Notes under the pieces: model-generated
The model's database searches: none
What the model saw: the letters and a program-made list of their open reading frames with translations, nothing else
What the model was told of the DNA's origin: nothing
Translations under genes and position numbers: made by a program
In this document: one piece after another, positions 29,964 to 32,000 of the stretch
Numbering within the stretch: the first letter of the stretch is position 1
Layout of the letters: every line of letters starts with the position of its first letter
Source: Methanothermobacter thermautotrophicus str. Delta H
Lineage (GTDB): Archaea; Methanobacteriota; Methanobacteria; Methanobacteriales; Methanothermobacteraceae
NCBI RefSeq assembly: GCF_000008645.1
Contig: NC_000916.1
Location: 1,500,001 to 1,532,000, forward strand
Direction: 5' to 3'
Length of the DNA stretch: 32,000 nt

Positions 29964-30053
29964 GTTTATTGTTGTGGTTTTTATGGAGCCGAATCTGCTG
30001 TTCTAGGAGTTTATTGTTGTGGTTTTTATGGAGTCGAATCCGTTATTCTCATA
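29964..30053 (+). repeat. Two tandem ~45-nt units at the 3' end of tfe
   Basis: GTTTATTGTTGTGGTTTTTATGGAGCCGAATCTGCTGTTCT and GTTTATTGTTGTGGTTTTTATGGAGTCGAATCCGTTATTCT start at 29964 and 30009. First 25 nt are identical; four mismatches follow. Confidence 0.92.
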
Positions 30054-30539
30054 GAGACTGAGTTCGTCCTTTATCTCCTGTATTATTTCAGAGTTATCCA
30101 TGAACTCCATTTTTGAACCACATTCAGGGCATGTGAAGTTTTCTTCTGTGGCCTCATCAAAGGTGAATCTGTAGTGCCCATTTACACATACAAAGAACAT
30201 GTTGTTTTCCTCAAACTCAAGGGCTTCCCTCAGCTTTCTTACTATCTCGCTGTGCTTCCTTTTTATCATCTCTGTAACCTTCTCAGGCTCAAATTTCCAG
30301 GTGTAGGTGTACCACTGTGTTTCGGGGTCCTTGCTCCTCTTGTAACTTGCCACACCTGCATCATAGAGCCTGTAGAGTATCCTCCTGACTATGTTGAGTT
30401 TAAGCTGCGTTTTCTCTGATATCTCCTCATCTGTTACCTTGCCCTTCATGAGGCACTCCAGAACTGGTATGGCCTCTTCCTCTTCTTCTTCAGTGATAAC
30501 TTCATGGATCAACTCTTGTAACACCTGTTCATCAATCAA
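30003..30539 (-). CDS. tfe: Transcription factor E alpha subunit (TFE)
   Basis: N-terminal winged-helix region ([53 protein letters not shown]) and C-terminal zinc ribbon ([35 protein letters not shown]). Confidence 0.95.
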
Positions 30540-30687
30540 TTGAAATCCTCCAGCTTGAAAAATAACTGCATACCGGGTATGCTGATCATCAAATTTTTTG
30601 AGTGCACTCCAATTTATGTGCCTAATCTTATTTAAAATTTTATAAAGGGGCCAGTTTAATACGAAAATTGTTTATCATATGAGTTTA

Positions 30688-31551
30688 TCATGGAGGTCTT
30701 ACAATAACCGCCGGTGTGTGCTCAACCGAGGATAGCATCTCCACTGTGATATTCCCTGGTCTGCCACTGAATTCCCTGGCCATATCATAGACCGTTGCCC
30801 TCTCTGTATTCCTGCGGTGGTATTCCTCTGCAGCTGATGCAACCTCAAGGAGCACCTCCAGTTTCACGGGCCTTGAGGATGCAAGGGGTGTGGGCCAGGT
30901 TCTTCCAGAGAACCGCCCTGCAAGGTAACCCAGGAATCCTGTATCTGACCTTATGCCAGGCACTGAAAGGGGGAGGGAGGTGAAGTATCTTCCAAGTATA
31001 CTGTAGGTTGCATCGGTATCGATTATAACCGTGGTAACATCTGCACCGAACCTCCGCAGGATCTCACCGGCAATAAGATTTGCCACCCCAGATGGGTTTT
31101 CAGGTAGAAGTGAAACAAGGGTCCCCGGCACATTACTCAGATCAATACCGGCCTCGGAAGCCGGCTTAAGGGCGTGTTTAAGTCCATAGTATCTCAGAAC
31201 AACCTCCTTATGGGCCCTTGCCTCTGGCGGCAGTCTTCTGAGGTTCCTTATGGTCCTCCTCTTCATGCCGAGGATCGGGCCCAGGAGGTAGCCCCAGATG
31301 TACTTTGACCAGATATCTGCCAGCAGCACTGCAGTTATGGATGGTTCGAAACGGGATTCATCGACCAGGTTTCCCTGGGCGACCGAGACCGGTGTCTCTG
31401 AGATGACAAGAAAATCTCCATCCCGGGCAAGCTCACCGGCCCTCTCGATGATCTCTGAGAAACCTGCACCCGGTTCTATGTAACCCGTCACCACGGGCAC
31501 TGTCCTGTACTCAGGGGACATTTTCATCTGGCCTTCACTGGTGGTGCCCAT
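30688..31551 (-). CDS. Coenzyme F420-0:L-glutamate ligase (CofE)-related protein
   Basis: [64 protein letters not shown]; resembles the CofE-like fold, but substrate is uncertain. Confidence 0.6.
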   Translation of the reverse strand: MGTTSEGQMKMSPEYRTVPVVTGYIEPGAGFSEIIERAGELARDGDFLVISETPVSVAQGNLVDESRFEPSITAVLLADIWSKYIWGYLLGPILGMKRRTIRNLRRLPPEARAHKEVVLRYYGLKHALKPASEAGIDLSNVPGTLVSLLPENPSGVANLIAGEILRRFGADVTTVIIDTDATYSILGRYFTSLPLSVPGIRSDTGFLGYLAGRFSGRTWPTPLASSRPVKLEVLLEVASAAEEYHRRNTERATVYDMAREFSGRPGNITVEMLSSVEHTPAVIVRPP

Positions 31552-32000
31552 ACCTTGAGGTCTATTCCCTCTATAACAGCCCTTCTACCCTCAAGCTGGA
31601 CAACAACTCCTGAGTGGACCTTCTGCATCATGCAGTGGGCTGGCAGGAAACGTACGGTTTCACCGATATTCGGTAGCTCACCCTCGATCACACCCTCAAA
31701 GCCACCAACCATGCAGACTCCGATGTCCCTGTATTCAAAGTCATCCATGCCGAGGCGGTGGCATGGTCCAACGATGTGCACCGTTATGAGGCCATGGTTC
31801 TCATCCAGTATCTCTGCAAAGTGGGTTATTGGACATCCAAGGGGTCTGTATCTGATTATATCCCCCTTCCGCAGTTCAGTGGACGTGAATGGGAAGAGGA
31901 TCTCCCGGCAGGAGCCCTCATCGGGCAGCGGTTTCAGTATGAAGTCGGCCTCGTATCCGTCAAGGACACCGAAGATCTTCTTCTCCTCCTCAAGGAGTTT
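31524..32000 (-). CDS. Conserved hypothetical protein, partial (runs off the right edge)
   Basis: Track ORF starts at GTG 31781, but the same minus-strand frame stays open to 32000: [94 protein letters not shown]... Confidence 0.7.
   Translation of the reverse strand, partial: KLLEEEKKIFGVLDGYEADFILKPLPDEGSCREILFPFTSTELRKGDIIRYRPLGCPITHFAEILDENHGLITVHIVGPCHRLGMDDFEYRDIGVCMVGGFEGVIEGELPNIGETVRFLPAHCMMQKVHSGVVVQLEGRRAVIEGIDLKVWAPPVKAR

Noticed and set aside
29931-30116. Plus-strand ORF with repeated YCCGFYG(A/V)ES
   Set aside because: Antisense reading of the 45-nt tandem duplication at the tfe 3' end; no independent start evidence.

Overview
This window is a Methanobacteriales-type chromosome segment, most likely Methanothermobacter (inferred from the TrpY-like regulator divergent from trpEGCFBAD, TFE, pseudomurein-type glycosyltransferases and coding style; no database search was possible). 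Conserved genes: a partial UPF1/IGHMBP2-like helicase, DUF2119-like protein, ahcY, CDC48/VAT-type AAA ATPase, prephenate dehydrogenase-like protein, pelA, a multi-cluster radical SAM protein, a MraY/WecA-like GT4 membrane transferase, a UbiB/AarF kinase, a MurG-like glycosyltransferase, a flavoprotein disulfide reductase, hypC, trpY-like regulator, the full trp operon, tRNA-Ile(GAT), an AK6-like kinase, a MIP18/DUF59 protein, an ArcS-like PUA protein, a GltB-type FMN protein, an HD protein, tfe, a CofE-like protein and a partial conserved ORF at the right edge. Accessory material is limited to an orphan AT-rich ORF near 2.9 kb and a 15.5-18.1 kb island: a secreted C39-like cysteine peptidase, a near-identical ~300 bp segment duplicated about 1 kb away in a copy lacking the catalytic Cys and carrying a different tail, and two small membrane proteins. 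The other main observations are several reading-frame disruptions in otherwise conserved genes (about 3.3, 10.7, 13.3 and 27.9 kb, perhaps also the 5' end near 29.25 kb), which may be sequence errors or real lesions, and small tandem duplications at the trpB/trpA junction and at the 3' end of tfe. I found no CRISPR array, rRNA or convincing IS element, and no strong evidence of a complete novel defense system; the C39-like island is the best candidate for something undescribed.
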